A stretch of 62,113 bases of DNA, counting the filler, from Choristocarpus tenellus KU-1152 (lineage: Eukaryota > Protista > Phaeophyceae), in assembly GCA_964200185.2 (NCBI GenBank). It is 13 parts of 13 records of this genome, joined end to end, with 100 filler letters (N's around TTAATTAATTAA, not from the genome) between each part and the next. Parts side by side here need not be neighbours in the genome. Positions count along the whole stretch, not along the records: positions 1 to 3,882 come from CAXNAD020017390.1; positions 3,983 to 14,916 come from CAXNAD020002618.1; 11 more parts are not named here. One strand, written 5' to 3'. The notes under the pieces are model-generated. The model made no database searches. It was not told the origin of the DNA and saw nothing but the letters and a program-made list of their open reading frames with translations. Positions 1 through 12,554 of the stretch are shown piece after piece. A program made the translations under genes and the position numbers. Position 1 is the stretch's first letter; every line of letters begins with the position of its first letter.

Positions 1-326
1 GGGGGAGGGAAGGGAAGATGCAGCAGCAGTGGGCTTTTTGTTCTACTACATATAGCTGTAGAAGGTTCAACTGCAAAAATATAACATAAATAATAATAAT
101 ACTGGAGACTTTGGAGATTAAGATGCAAGTTAGAAGGACTGAATGCAAGCTGGGAGTGCAGGGAGGCAGGGGAAACGAACACAACAGCCGGTCAAAGAGT
201 ATCAACCAAAGGGCAACCCAATGTGAACTTCTCTGCATCAAACTAAACACGAATAGCGAATCAGACAACTTGGGTTGTGATACGCCCTCAAGCTCTGCCT
301 TCCACCTCAACAAGGAGTGGTAATCC

Positions 327-365
327 TCACACACACACACACATACATACATACATACACACACA
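327..365. repeat. (CA)n/(CATA)n microsatellite
   Basis: Direct reading. Confidence 0.85.
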
Positions 366-1347
366 ATCTCAATTTGCTGATACCTACTAAACAATCCACC
401 GTAACAGTTGGCACTCTCTGGTGACAATACCACACACCTCAAAACTGCACCCACTGAAGGAAAGAGTACGGCATACCATCACCCCCGTTTGCTTGAGGTG
501 CATTGCCACCAGCTCCATTGCACCAATGCCTCTGAGGAGCAGGGAAGCAGGAAGAGTAGGGGGGAAATGTCAGAACCCAGCACTACTGCAAATGAACTAC
601 TACAGCCCTACTATCTTGGCGTATATGTTCAAAGCCCCGGTGTCCACAGCAAATGTGCATTTTTTGGTGCAGGGTCGGTGACATCACATTTTTCTGGGCA
701 GAGCATTATGTTGGTTCGCACACACTCTTTTGGCCATCAGTTGGGTTCAGTGCAGGTCAGACATAGCCGGCATCGCTGCACGAGTCCGACCAGTCAGTCA
801 CCTGCACTGGTGACTAATAACCTCAATCAGACAATGTGCACAACAAACAAAGTTGTGGAAGTGACACATTTTCTACAAATGAAACAAAACGATTTCGTTT
901 TGTGTACACACAAGGCAGGGTTGAAGTTTTCGAATACTCTCAGCATCAAGTATGAAAAAAAATGGGTGTACCTCACAACTCTGGTAACAAGAACCATTCC
1001 CCAAGGGTTCAGACTCTACTTGAATTGTCAACGGTAGCCGCTGTAACAACCAAAACATGCAGGCCAGACCATAGTGGTCCCAAAACTGATGACATCCATG
1101 GCGAGAAAGACGACAATGATCACCACTAGCCACAAACCTAAGACATCAATTCCATTACTACCACAGGCACCCCCACTGCACTGTAGCATAACTAGACAAT
1201 ATTACATTGCCAGCAGGCTTTGAGTTAGGCAGAGTTCCAAGTATTTGGGTAGATCTTAAGCCTGCACACGATGAGGCTGATGAGGAGGAGTGATGGGACA
1301 ACAATTAACTTCACTGAAGTATTATCATGAGCAGCAAAGCAACACAC

Positions 1348-3163
1348 CGTCCCTCCACTGCAGACAGGAAGTGCTGGAAGTTTGTGAAGGGACTGCTTGG
1401 GGCACCCCAGAGCCCAAGCCGAACCATATATCCCAGGTTTCGCGGCTCTGACGCGCCTGTAGCTGAACAGTACACAACCCTATTGAAAAAAAAGAAGCAT
1501 TTGGGTGGGAAGGACAATAGCACTATTAAGGAAGTGTCTGTGATGCCATTGTGTTTAGCTTGGGGATAAGGTTGGGAACAGGATCAAGGTGCTCTCCTCA
1601 AACCACCTTCTGGTCAAGGGTGAAATGAAGATTGGTTAGGAGTAGAATTGGCTTCAGGATGAGCAAAGGAGAGCGGGTATGGGTAGGGCAACATGTTGGG
1701 GTTAGCACTCTGCTGGGAAAGGGGGTTGCAGGACCAGGCACAAGGTCAAGAGGGACTGATGTGGTGATAGAGATGGAAAGGCAAACAACTCATTCACCAC
1801 CTTCTTCAAGGGTGATACAGGGGGCATATTCATTGCGTAATGATCCACAGTGCTGAGTCTGTTGTGCAAAGGTGTGGCCAATATGACTCTTAAAGAGGCA
1901 CACCCACTATCTCCCCCTGCCCCCTGCCCCAGCCCCTTCCCAAGGGATCGTGATGGGAAAAACAGAACCCTGCTCAAAAATAAAAACACAAAATACACAT
2001 GCCCACACCCCATGAACTTCTACTGCCAAGACACACCTGGCATTTGGCAGCTGTTTCTGCAACTCCACCACAGCCGCCCCGGCCTTGGTCGACGCCCCCC
2101 CCCCAGCGGCATAGAGGTTCTTAGCACGGTGGCATTCATCAAGCAGGACACAACCATCAAAGGACTCGCCCCCACACCACTGCAAGAGCTGGGGTACAAG
2201 TTCGTGAAACACACCAAAGGGGGGGAGAACAAAGAACAGGAACAGCGGGAATAGCGAGCAAACATAGGTAAGGGACCTTGGTGTCATGGATTTGAAAGGC
2301 GTGGAAGAGCAGTGGTGAAGAGGGAAGGGCAAGGAGGGAAGACCATGGATGGGCGGGGTAAGCATGTGGGACTGTAAGGTTGATGGCAACGTATTGTGTA
2401 TCTTATGTTTAGAACGAGTGATCCTAGGCAACAATGAGAACGCCTTCTGGACCCTGAGCTTCTGGACCCTGAGCATGTCCCTTAAATACATAACCTACTC
2501 CAAGTAAGAAATAAAGCAAGAGCATGTTGCGCATTCTAAACTACATCTCAACAGCCTTTCACACCCCAACTAATTAATCAAGGCAGGGGTATTCCCCCGC
2601 ACACAAAATCTTCCCAACGTAATCCCAGCACTCCAGCACACGAATAAAGCCATAAAATTCAAAAACACCGACTCAGTCCAAACCCATCACCCAATCAACT
2701 CCCACACCAACACCAACACCAATAACACCAACACCAACAATAACACCACTCCGCCCCTTTTCCCAGCCCAGAATGTACCTGCTTGAGGCGCGACTTGTTT
2801 CCCTTCATGGTGGAGGCTACCAGTGAGGAGTAGGTGATGAACATCACGCCGTCCCCCTCCCTTATTCGACTGTATCCCAACTTGTTTTGCTGGTAACTTG
2901 GGATGTGTACGCCTTCACCAGTCGCCTTTTCCTTTTCGCTGTTGCTTGCCTTGTCCGGCGCATACCTCTTACGTGCTTTGTTGCCCTTCCCTTGCCCTGT
3001 TTTCTTCTTGCAAAGGAGTGGGGACAAATCAATCAGATTACTTCCAACTTCATTACAAGGTGAAATAGCAAATGAGGTGGATGCACTACTTGGTACCCAC
3101 GGCAAGAGGTGGATGGGCAGGGGGTGAGTGAGGGGCGGGGGGCAGGAGGGTTTCAGGGGGGTA

Positions 3164-3197
<34 letters not shown>

Positions 3198-3818
3198 TGG
3201 GGGGGGGGGGGGGGGGGTAGGGGTGGAAATATTCTACAGTGGTGCAAGAACTTTGAGGCAGGAGTTAGAAGGGATCTTCCTAGGAATTGTAATTCACATT
3301 TTTGGATAGATGTGGACATTACAGAGAGATGACAAAAACAATGCAAATAAACATAAGGCAACACCTTAACAGAGGAAGCTTCACATTCACTCTCTACTAT
3401 TACATGAGCCAGATGAAACCGCTGTCTAACCAGCTCTATTTTTTCCATCATAGCCAAATAACTTCATCTCAACAAATCTTGTAGCCTAAAAAGGAGTGTG
3501 TCTCTCATCCCAACAGTATCTACCCCCAAACACCTCCCTACCCCCCCGCCCCCAACCCCCCCTCCCCCTCAGACTAACACAAGCCCTCATCCACACCTTC
3601 CTCTTCCCTTTCCTTTCCAAAGACCCACTCTCCTCCCCCGATTCTTCCTCATCAGACTCATCACCCTCTTCATCAGAGGGGACTCCGCAACCGAGGTCAT
3701 CCAAGTCTCTCCGGGCGTCCAAGGCAAGGTCATTGCCAACACTTATCCAAACATGTCGTCGGCGCCCTCGCAGGAAATTCTCCAGAATCATGCCTGCAAG
3801 CTGGCGGCCCTTACCCAC
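1348..3818 (-). CDS. SBNO: Strawberry notch-like (SBNO) helicase-domain protein, partial (4 internal exons)
   Basis: Exons 3818-3597, ~3006-2779, 2188-2037 and 1479-1348 have AG/GT boundaries and splice in frame: [36 protein letters not shown] / [16 protein letters not shown] / [36 protein letters not shown] / [25 protein letters not shown]. These are hallmark Sno motifs. Confidence 0.93.
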
Positions 3819-3882
3819 CTGGTCATGAGGAAGCAGGAGGGGGGGGGGGGCAGGGTGGCAAGGGGTAGGGGGGAAGGGGTCT

Positions 3883-3982
3883 NNNNNNNNNNNNNNNNNN
3901 NNNNNNNNNNNNNNNNNNNNNNNNNNTTAATTAATTAANNNNNNNNNNNNNNNNNNNNNNNNNNNNNNNNNNNNNNNNNNNN
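3883..3982. other. Artificial contig linker (N44-TTAATTAATTAA-N44), first of 12
   Basis: Identical 100-bp spacer with stops in all six frames at 3883-3982, 14917-15016, 22627-22726, 26069-26168, 29676-29775, 34131-34230, 38204-38303, 42750-42849, 47282-47381, 50132-50231, 53398-53497, 59409-59508. Confidence 0.98.
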
Positions 3983-4236
3983 TGGTGTCTGCATTTCCTA
4001 AATCTACTCCACCGATTGTGTCTATAGTGTATCAGCAGCACTATCTATGAACACTCTCCCTTGCTGCGCAGACACAATACACCCTGAGAATCTACTTCTC
4101 TCAAACTTAAAGAAAGAAACAAACTTCTGCTAGTTCTCTCAAAAACAATGCAACAAATATACCCTAACATCAATGTTGACGTTGGGTCTGTGTAGGTACA
4201 AAAAAAAACACAGTCATCAATTCTAAACGTTTGTCC

Positions 4237-4740
4237 TACTGCAGTCTCCCGTGGAAACATTATCGGGTACTTTCTCCTGCAGGTCCTTGGTAATGCCATG
4301 TTGCGTCTCCCACAACCCATGAAATGGCAGGGTCCTTAGCAATGCATATAGCGTCTCCTATAATCAACAAAACCTCCCTAGTACATCACTACTGCAGGTC
4401 ACTGGAACACAGATCCTACCTCATATCTACCTTCCTATTGTAGTCTCCAGTGGAGACATTATCGGATACTTCTCCTGCAGGTCCTTAGCAATGCCATGTT
4501 GCGTCTCTCACAATCCATGAAATGGCAGGGTCCTTAGCAATGCATATAGCGTCTCCTACGACCAACAAAATCTCCCTTAGTACAATACTACTACAAATCT
4601 CCGGCACAAAGTAATATGGTGGAGCTATCACTTTCTACCTATCCTATCACAATCTCTGCGAACACATCCTGGGGTGTTTTCTACTGTGGGTCCTTAGCCA
4701 TACCAAAATGCGTCTCCCACGATCCACGAACTATCCCTAG
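4237..4740. repeat. Degenerate ~200-bp tandem duplication with an internal CAGGTCCTTAGCAATGC sub-repeat
   Basis: 4237-4420 closely matches 4435-4615; a third partial unit lies at about 4680-4740. Confidence 0.7.
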
Positions 4741-5268
4741 TGTCACGCCTAAAGTGAATCTTTGGGAAAGAGTAGTACTAATCAATTGACTTATCACTGA
4801 AATACCATACACACAAATGAGGAAAGCCTCTCCCTGACTTTAATAGCTCTTCTATCTAAAGTCAGTCTGCATACAACATCACAGCTATCACTTGACTACT
4901 GTGGGTATGCACTAAAATGCACGACAGATGGGGGGCAAACTCAAATTAAACATTTGGAAAAACAAACACAAGAGAAGACAGTCATATGCAAAAGAGATCT
5001 ACTCTGATAGAGTATTTTGCTTTATGTGGTATGGATTTGTTTATTAGCGGAGTGAGCACTACCCTCAAGGTGGGGGTTGCTCTCCCTTGTTATCTAATTC
5101 ATTCGTCATCAAACACGTCAGAAATATGTTTGTGACAGTTACACTACGTCAGTCACTTGTAAGTTCAAGTTAAACTAGGTCAGTCACTTTTACACTATAA
5201 ACCATATAGACTACTAGGCTATATTGCACACTCCCCCATGAGCGTGCAGCAAAGTTGCTGACTAAAGC

Positions 5269-7050
5269 TCACTCTCTACGTGAAAGCACGGAATGCACAA
5301 AATCAGAGATAAGGTTCTTACGTAAAGGTTTTGTTAGCACGTCAGCCAGTTGCTTGCGTGTTGGAATATATTCAATGTTAAATATTCCTTGATCTACATA
5401 CTCTCTTGTACACTTTAATTTCATGTCTACATGCTTGGTCCTTCCATTGAATCCTGTGATGCTTCCCGCTTGAATAGCACCACGGTTGTCACAGAACCAG
5501 GGAGTCTGATCCTGTAGTATACTAATCTTCTCCAGAATGCCTCGGATGAAAATGCAGTGGCGCATGCCATATGCCATTGCTGTTCACTCTGCCTCCGAGC
5601 TGGAGAGGGTGACTGCCCCTTGAAGCTTGGAGCGCCAGGCGATCGGCGATCTGTTGAACAGGATTATGTACCCTGTAACACTCCTGCGTGTTTGTTGGTC
5701 GGTACCCCAGTCAGAATCTCCGTACCCAACCAGGAGTTCTTCATCCCTCTCGTTCATATATTTGTCCCCTCGATCATAGTGAATGAAGACATCCAATGTC
5801 CCTGCTATGTAGCGCAGAACGTGTTGTAGTCCGCGCCAGTGTCACATGCATGGAGATGCTGCTCTATGCCCCAGTTCACGAACGCTGTTAGCCAGGTCTG
5901 GTCGAGTCATGCCTGCTAAGAACATGCTTTTCCCAAGAATACTGGCATAGGGGTATATGATGGGATCTAGTTCCTCTTCATGATCTTGTCTGGCAAAGAG
6001 GTCCATCCCAGGGTCCATTGGTATAGATGTTTCTCGTCCTTCCATGGAGCCCATCCCGGCTATCACAATACTTTCTGTATATAGTTGTTGGTCCAGGGTG
6101 ATGCCACCCTCACCCACAGTGATGAGTGAAAGTATCTTAGAGGGTAGGAATTTTGCGCTGTTTGTCCGTTTGGGGCTTGGCTTCCCTCGGGATTTTTTAC
6201 AATGTATACGTTATGAAAAGGTGTGTCCAGAAGAAGGATATCGACCATTCCTAACATATACGATAGCCAAAATTAAGTCAAAATCGCAACATTGGATTTT
6301 GACCCCCAAACGGACGCAGCTTTACCCTCTAAGATACTTTGAATCTGATGCTCACCCCAATCAGCTTGTCTGGCGTACCTAGGTCTCGCCCTTCGTACTT
6401 TTCTAGTAGTGATGCCCTCATCCTTTGGATCTCTTCTGTGAAGTCTCCAGTGGTGGCAGTGTCGTCCATGTAGGTAGTGAGGATGGCAATGCGTCCGTCT
6501 TCACTTTTCTTGAAGTAGAGGCACTCGTCGCGTTGACTGCTCATCTACCCTTCTGCTAGAATAGTGTTGCGCAGTTCATGGTACCATTCCATTGCTGACT
6601 GCTTCAGTCCAGAGATTGCCTTCTCTGCCTTGACAGTGCGGCCATCAGGAAGCTCCAACCAGATGTCCTCCTGCAGATCTGCGTTGAGGTAGGCCTGTGT
6701 AAAATCCAGGGCGTCTATGCTCCGACCTTTGTACGCTGCGACAGATGTGATGCATCGTAGTGTGTCATATCCCACCACTGGGCTGAAGGTTTCAAAGAAA
6801 TCCACTCCTGCATTTTGGGTGAAGCCTCGAGCCACGAGTCGTGCCTTGTAGCGTTCCACTCTCCCTTCTGCAGAGTGCTTGATTTTGAAAACAAATTGTC
6901 TTTGGTTGCCTTCCTTCCTTGGGGTAGGGCTTTGTCACTAAACGTCCCCTTCTGCCAAAGTCCTGCCATTTCCAATTTTTTCATGGCCTCCTGCCATTGA
7001 TCTGCATCTAGCCCATTCAAGGCCTCCTTTGTTGTGATTGGTTCCCCTGT
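5269..7050 (-). pseudogene. Copia reverse transcriptase-RNase H, frameshifted and interrupted by a MITE
   Basis: Successive ORF fragments 6715-7020, 6545-6859, 6329-6544, 5842-6117, 5584-5796 and 5269-5577 carry RVT_2 and RNase HI motifs in order. Confidence 0.92.
6124..6345 (-). mobile_element. MITE family A copy 1 (internal hairpin deleted)
   Basis: TIRs GAGTGAAAGTATCTTAGAGGGTA...TACCCTCTAAGATACTTTGAATC with TSD (T)GAT. Removing it restores the RT frame (..LIGVSI-TVGEGGITLDQ). Confidence 0.92.
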
Positions 7051-8409
7051 ACCTGTTCATACTCCCGTAATGAGACCCATAAAGCAGTATGCGTCGTCAT
7101 TGTTTTGTTGCATGAGAGTTGATACGAAGTGGATCATTTCTGTTTCTTCATCATCTTCCTGGTTACACAGAGATGTATAGGAAGATGTATAGGCTACCCG
7201 CTGGTGTTGTTTCAGTCTGGCAGATTTCCGCCGCTCAGAGTGTGGGGCCAAGCGTTTGGTTGCCATCTGTGCAGCCCTATCCATGCGCTGACTTTTTCCC
7301 ATCCTGGGAATTTCTTGACTGTGGGGGGATACTGGGCGCTTTGCACCTTGAGCCCCACGCCCAATATTTGGGCTCTCACCCTCAGTCATGTCTGCCTCAC
7401 TCCCTGTTGTGGAAGCCTCTTCTTCGTTTTGATTATCCATGTTTATGCCTACATCAAATTCTGACTCTCCAAGTATGTCTAGCTCTGGCTCCCCTACTAG
7501 CTCCAGCAGTTTGGTTTCAGGCTGTACAGTCACCTGTGCTGAAGTCACCAGCTTTACCTTCCTGTGGGATCCACACGGTCCAGCATAATGATGCCCTGTC
7601 GTGCCCCACCTTGATGTAGTGTCATTGCCCCCCAGTCTGAGTCTCCATACCTGACCAGGCCCCAATTGTCCATTGTTTCTTTTGCTGACCTAGCACTCAT
7701 TTCCCCAGGCTTGAAGCCTATCATAATTGAATGTCTTGTACATCCTCTTGTTGGGTGAAGTCCTGTGCCACCAACCTGACCTTGAACTGTTCAGTGGTCC
7801 CCTCAGCTTTTGGCTTTGTCTTGAATTAAGATTTAGTCTTGACAGGATTTCTTCCCCATGTCAAAACCTCCCCCTCTATGAATGTTCCTTTCATCCATTG
7901 TTGCTCCAGGATGTGCTCTGGGTACCTGGTCTAGTTAATTCCTCCGCCTCTTTAGACGGTGTCGCTCTCCTCTGGCGACAAATGATCTGAAGGTCTCCTT
8001 TACCTCCACAGTTGTAGCATATTCCTTCGAAAGAACCAAGGACCAATATGCTTGATCAGCTCACAGTTTAGAATCCTTGTGTTGGTCCTGATCTTGTCTC
8101 TGGTAGGGAATCCCGTTGTGATATGGTCCGTACGTTGACTAGTTGTACCTTGTCCGCCTCCTCCGCTGACCTTCTGTGTTCTCTTCCACGACTTTATGGT
8201 CCCAGCGGCTAGAGTGTTCCCAGGCTCCCCGAGGTTAACTCCTCCTTTCTTTCTGGTGGAGACTTAGTTACTGATTGTACCATATCCCATGTCTCCTTAG
8301 CCTCCAACTTCCCATTTGTGTCGAAGGTGCAGGTCCACTTTGTTGGGACGACAATGATGATACTATTGCCCGCTTCAGCTTCCTGTAGCTTATATCGGGT
8401 CTTGTGATG

Positions 8410-8820
8410 AGCTGCACGGGAATCTCGTCCTCCGCACGTCCTCTGTTGAGCTGCACTGGGATCTAATCCTCCACATTTCTTCCGGTGAGCTGCACGGGGG
8501 TCTCTCGTCCTCCGTGCGCCCTTTGTCGAACTGCATGGGGATCTCTTGTCCTCACACGGACACATCTGCGCAAATACCTGCGGCATGCTGTCCCTGCTGC
8601 CTATGATCAGAGCTCCTTTCTTGTCGAGGTGCATGGGGATCTCTTGTCCTCCACTCGGACACATCTGCAAATACCTACAGCTTGCTGTCCCTGATGCCAA
8701 CGATCAGAGCTCCTATCTTGTCGAGCTGCATGGGGATCTCTCGTCCTCCATATGGACACATCTGTGCAAATACCTACAGCTTGCTGTCCCTGATGCCTAT
8801 GATCAGAGCTCCTTTCTTGG
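8410..8820. repeat. Tandem repeats inside Copia gag (~39-bp units, then three ~97-bp units)
   Basis: Repeated GAGCTGCACGGGRATCTCGTCCTCC and ATGGGGATCTC..GATCAGAGCTCCTTTCTTG units. Confidence 0.8.
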
Positions 8821-9781
8821 CATGATCTTGGCTGCCTCCAGCTGCTCGTACTCTTGTCCAGATATGATCGAGACGAATAACGAAATTTGCAGTGTCCTCC
8901 ACTGACGAGCAGTCATGTCGTACGATTTCATCTCTGGAGCTATGAGCTGCATGGGCCGCTGAACAGTAGCACGCCCCCCATAGATCTGCTCTAATTCGAG
9001 ACAGGCTGCCCTACTGTCGGGGCTGCCTCTTCTCGTACGTGTTGACCATACAAGCTGACCACCATAGCAGCAGCACCCCTTGTGGCCTGCCCCAGCAGGA
9101 ACCGCAAGGCTTTGCGATACCTGACGTATTCATCGTACACGCAGCGTTCCTCGAATGATGTATCAGCTGCGGGAGGTGCAGGAATGCGGTATGCTGGTTG
9201 GAGGATGTAGTACAGTCTCTTGCCACCCGTATAGCTCACCAGCGCTATCCACCATTCTGCCCACTTCTCCCTTGTATGCCCCCGCGCTCCACTCCATAGT
9301 GGCAGCATACGGGGGTCCGCTTACATACCAATGAGCATAACCTATAGGTTAGATTTTGCTGCGAAGGGGAATCGTGTGAGGCTCATCACCTATGCAAAAG
9401 AGAGCTCTTCCAATGGTATATTTTCATTTAGCTATATGGATGTATTTATTTGCGGAGTGAGCACATCCCCTCGAGGTGGGGGGGTGCTCTGCCTCGTTAT
9501 CTATTGCCCTCGATGTTTTATCTGTTGCCCTCGGTGCTCTCTCTTATTATCTATTGTGTACGTCAGCAAACACATCAGAAATATGTTTGTGACAGTTACA
9601 CTACGTCAGCTACTTATGCTTGTGACTAAAGCAGAAATCAATCCGTCCAAACTCCAACCTGTTATTCTGAACATATGGAAACAAGTCCTTGGCACTTACT
9701 CTACTGAGTGAATACTTCTGTTGTGTAGTGCTGGTCACTAAACACATAAGACTCTATAGACTACCTAGCCTATATTGCACA

Positions 9782-10796
9782 AGTTTTCCCTCCAACGTGA
9801 TTATTTGTACGGAGCCAAAGTATCCTAGAGGGTAGAGCCGCGTCCATTTGGGGGTCAAAATCTAATGTTGTGATAATATTGATGTAATTTTGGCTATCGT
9901 GTTTGTTAGGAAGTGTCAATATCCTTGTTCCAGGTACACCTTTTCATAACATATACATTTTACCTACTCCGAAACATTTTGGAGTAGGAATATGTAATAA
10001 AAAAAAAGATAGGAAGTCAAGTTCCAAACGGACAAACAGGGAAAAACTCGTACCCTCTAAGATAATTTCACTCACGGGGATTTTTTCCTCCGCGCGTCCA
10101 CCGTAGACTCGTTCTAGTTCCAACCAAGCTCCTCTGCCGTCTGGTTGACCTCCATATTCGTATTTTGCTACAACTACAATCGTGGATGCTGATCCTTTCG
10201 TTGTTTTTAGAAGGAGGAACCATAACGCCTTGTTATTTTTCGAGTATGTGGCATGTGCCGTACGCACTGCCTCTCCAGAGATGGTGGTGGGTGTTTCGGG
10301 AATCTTGTAGTCCCTTGTCGTTATCTCGTACAAGCCCTTTCCACCAACTTAGGCGATCAGTGACAGTCTCCAAGTTGACCAGGTCTCCAATGACCTTCCT
10401 GTCGCCCCTGTCCAGACAGCAAGTTTCTTAAGGTCAGCCAGTCTCCATACTACTTAGGCTCATAACCTGTGCAAATACCTTGGGAGGTAATACTGTTTCT
10501 CAGTAGTGAAGATAAGAAGGTGTGAAGTATCACACGACCCCTTTCGCTGAACGTGAAAATAATGGATGGTTGAAATTAGAAGAGTGAGCTTTGTGGGCTG
10601 TCTTCTCATTGCTTGTTATATTATTATTTTTCATAAACAATTGAGTCAAAGTAGTTGAATTCAAATCAACACCTATACATATTCCATTCATAATTCTGAT
10701 GTACGTTCTCATTAGTTACATCACATGGACCCAATCAAAATGACTATCTCTCATACACAAAATAAGGTACACCTCACCATTGTCCTATTTTGCACA
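9782..10796 (-). mobile_element. Older Copia 5' end (LTR 10468-10796, PBS, gag N-terminus), interrupted by the 4985-9781 element
   Basis: LTR bounded by TGTGCAAA...TTTGCACA. PBS GGTTATGAGCC at 10457-10467. The gag peptide LWFLLLKTTKGSAST..DGRGAWLELERVYGG is homologous to the gag at 8950-9308. Confidence 0.82.
9812..10073 (+). mobile_element. MITE family A copy 2
   Basis: GAGCCAAAGTATCCTAGAGGGTA...TACCCTCTAAGATAATTTCACTC with TSD ACG and internal hairpin CCTACTCCGAAACATTTTGGAGTAGG. Confidence 0.92.
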
Positions 10797-10973
10797 GACT
10801 CAGCCTCTTTTTGCTTGAGGATCCCATCATACATGAAAAAAATAGAGAAATCCTTAGATAATGGCAACGAAGTGTCTGCCACAAATCCTGGATTGTAATC
10901 TAATGCCTAACCCCTTCCACTAATTGCTGTCCACTAAACCTCCTGTCGCAGAGGTCAAAAAGTAACAACCATC

Positions 10974-12554
10974 ATGGTCACGCCATATGGGAATGCCCAG
11001 GCCGTTCCTGACCTAGACGACGAGCTAAGTGAAAAGACACGTGTCGACCATGAAAATGCGGTTGCTATCCTACAAACCCAGAGGGGGGGCAATGTTAATT
11101 ACGTGCACCGTCCTGGGAAATAACCATGACCCGGATCGATTCCAACTCCAGGTCAATAATCTCTCCGAGTTGTGCAATTTTGCGCTCTCAAATAGTGCTG
11201 AAGGCCGGTCTGGTACTGGTGTCTCGTCATCTTCTGAGGAGGATGACGATACAGGTGTGGGGGAAGTGCCAAACGCACCATCAGAGTCTATCCCTGGTGG
11301 GAATGTTTCTAGAAGATACACAATCATCGATGCAGTGGGTACAAGCGGGGAGGAGTCTGTCCACGCTGCCCCAACAGTTGCAAGAGACATGGATGACGAC
11401 TTTGGGGGGGGGAGTGAACGCTCCATCCATTCTCCAACAACTGATATTTCCAGTAAAAGAAAATCAGACGGTTCTTCTACTCGCAGAGACGGCCCTTCGG
11501 CCAAGAAAGAAAAGGTTGGCAAGATCTCGACCTCTGTTGACAAGGACAAGACTAAGAAGAAGTCCGCAGTGGTCATACCTGTGGAGAAGTCTGGCGGTGG
11601 AAGTGACAGACCGGAAGGATCGCCAAGTTGCAGGGATGAATCTCTCCACTCCGCACTTACAGATGGAAGGGACAAAGATGACGCCAGTGGGGGGGGGAGT
11701 GGAAGCTCCACCCATGCTACACCAACTAAAGTGGCAACAAAGAGGAAATCGGGTTCTTCTCACAGAGACCGGCCTTCTTCTAAGAAACCAAACGTTGGCA
11801 AGACCTTGACCTCTGCCAAGAAGAAGAAGATCAAGTCCACGGTAGTCCTTGAAGGGGTGACACCTATAGAAAGCTTTGTGGAAAGAACAGGCAGGACGGA
11901 TAGCCAACTTGTTTCCTGATCAGCATTTTTTCTTCTGCTCGCCCAAGGGTCGAGGCTAACCCAGCCTCGACAGACAATCCTGTAGATCAGAGAGATCTAC
12001 CTGTGACAGAGGGAGTAGGTGGCGCACTCCAGGAGGAAGAGGGGAACCGTTCCACGGGTGGTGTTGACCCCTGCACCAGACAACAATATGTCCACTCCGG
12101 AGTTCCAATCGTTGAGGGCATAACAGAAGGTTTCATGGAAGTCTGTGTGACAGAACTCCTCCATTCGGCAACCAAGCTGACATCTGCCCAGTACCGGGTA
12201 CAAACATAGATCCTCAGGCAGGTCATACATGATCACGGGTTTCGACAAATGAGGGCCGGTAGGGAGGCCAAGAATATTGTACAGGGAGGCAAGTGCTACG
12301 TACATGAGGAAATCCTCAATACGCTGGATGGTGGTGCCGGGAAATTGAAGAAAACTTTGCGTGTGGAGGATCTTGAAGCCCTTCGTGCTAAGAAGGCCAT
12401 TTTTCCAAGTCTCGTTAATGCAGAAAAATGGAACGCCAAATATTCCACTATGCTTAACTTGTGGCACCGACTGACTGCGGCCTACCCCAAGCTCGTAGAC
12501 TGGTGGGAGAAGGGCGATGAGTGCCGATACCAACTTGCCCATGAGTTGAAGTAG
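10974..12554 (+). pseudogene. Unknown, apparently intronless protein with a duplicated acidic/basic disordered module; disrupted
   Basis: ATG at 10974, frameshift at the G-run near 11085, ORF to 11919, then in-frame segments 12003-12209 and 12210-12554 separated by a TAG. No family recognised. Confidence 0.5.

Larger units (their letters stand above)
4985..9781 (-). mobile_element. Ty1/Copia LTR retrotransposon, degenerate, integrase core deleted
   Basis: Related LTRs at 4985-5230 and 9391-9781. PPT (minus GCTCATGGGGGAG) abuts 5230 and a PBS-like GGTGATGAGCC abuts 9391. Gag lies at ~8000-9330. RT motifs: RYKARLVARGFTQ..ETFSPV, DFTQAYLNA, GLKQSAMEW, YMDD. RNase H motifs: GYGDSDW..RRSVTGY..LSSSEAE, CDNRGAI..TKHVD..QLADVLTK. 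Flanks AGTCA/AGTTT are a partial TSD. Confidence 0.92.

Noticed and set aside
408-1037. 209-aa plus-strand ORF
   Set aside because: TTG start, no recognisable motif, and antisense within the probable SBNO intron.
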